The translations under genes and the position numbers were made by a program. Positions 63,587-64,000 of a stretch of 64,000 bases of DNA are shown here, piece after piece. Under the pieces are notes generated by a model that ran no database searches, was not told the DNA's origin, and worked only from the letters and a program-made list of their open reading frames with translations. Positions within the stretch are counted from its first letter, which is position 1. Every line of letters begins with the position of its first letter. The stretch covers positions 41,418,001 through 41,482,000 of the forward strand of contig CM052817.1 of the NCBI GenBank assembly GCA_028534125.1, written 5' to 3'. Origin of the DNA: Lama glama (lineage: Eukaryota).

Positions 63587-64000
63587 CAAAATTATCACCA
63601 CACTAAATCTAGTTAACATGCATCATCAAACATAGAACAATAATTCTTAGTATCACTTTGAGTTACATTAATACTTCCCTTACCAATAAGAAAAGTAAGT
63701 CCAGGTCAGTTAAAGAATTGCCCCAAAGGTGTCACCTGTGATTTCATATGAGATGCCCAGGTCTTCCAGTTCCTTTCAGCATTCTTTCCATCATGCCATT
63801 TGATTTCCATAGCATGTGTTCAGAAAGAGAAGCAATCACAATGCAGTAAAATGAGGAAAGTTTTACTTTAAATTTGTAAGTGTGGAAATGGGACGTGAAA
63901 TAGGAGTTTTCTAGGCAAAGGAAATGTGGAAGTCTCTCCAGGTGAAGTACAACTTGAAACAAAGCATCAGGCTAGAAAATGCAAAGTATATTCAGATAAA

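Larger units (their letters stand above)
10700..64000 (+). other. PRKG2: PRKG2 gene span (5' part; continues past window end)
   Basis: CpG-island 5' end plus eight in-frame coding exons matching cGKII. The start coordinate is approximate and the 3' exons are not in the window. Confidence 0.93.

Noticed and set aside
1..64000. CRISPR arrays, operons, prokaryotic or viral coding systems
   Set aside because: No repeat-spacer arrays or long unspliced ORFs. The sequence is explained by one spliced mammalian gene plus interspersed repeats.

Overview
Mammalian genomic DNA, very probably a camelid: there is a tRNA-Ala-derived Vic-1-type SINE and artiodactyl-type L1 3' tails, and I saw no ruminant Bov-tA/BovB or pig PRE-1 elements. 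The window holds the 5' half of PRKG2 (cGMP-dependent protein kinase II) on the + strand. It has a CpG-island promoter with a probable non-coding first exon (~10.7-11.2 kb) and eight coding exons (20664-62380). These splice with GT-AG boundaries into an uninterrupted 1154-nt ORF covering the myristoylation signal, leucine zipper, autoinhibitory segment, CNB-A and most of CNB-B. The kinase-domain exons lie beyond the window end. The rest is intronic or intergenic sequence rich in old repeats (L2, MIR, L1M, MLT1, MER3/5, Tigger1), plus a few younger insertions with recognisable TSDs. I found no new multi-gene system. The best lead is a candidate alternative 5' exon in intron 1 (ending at 12129). 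Its strong-Kozak ATG would splice in frame onto PRKG2, adding 11 residues and blocking Gly2 myristoylation. Repeat subfamily names and human-sequence comparisons come from recall, not from database searches.
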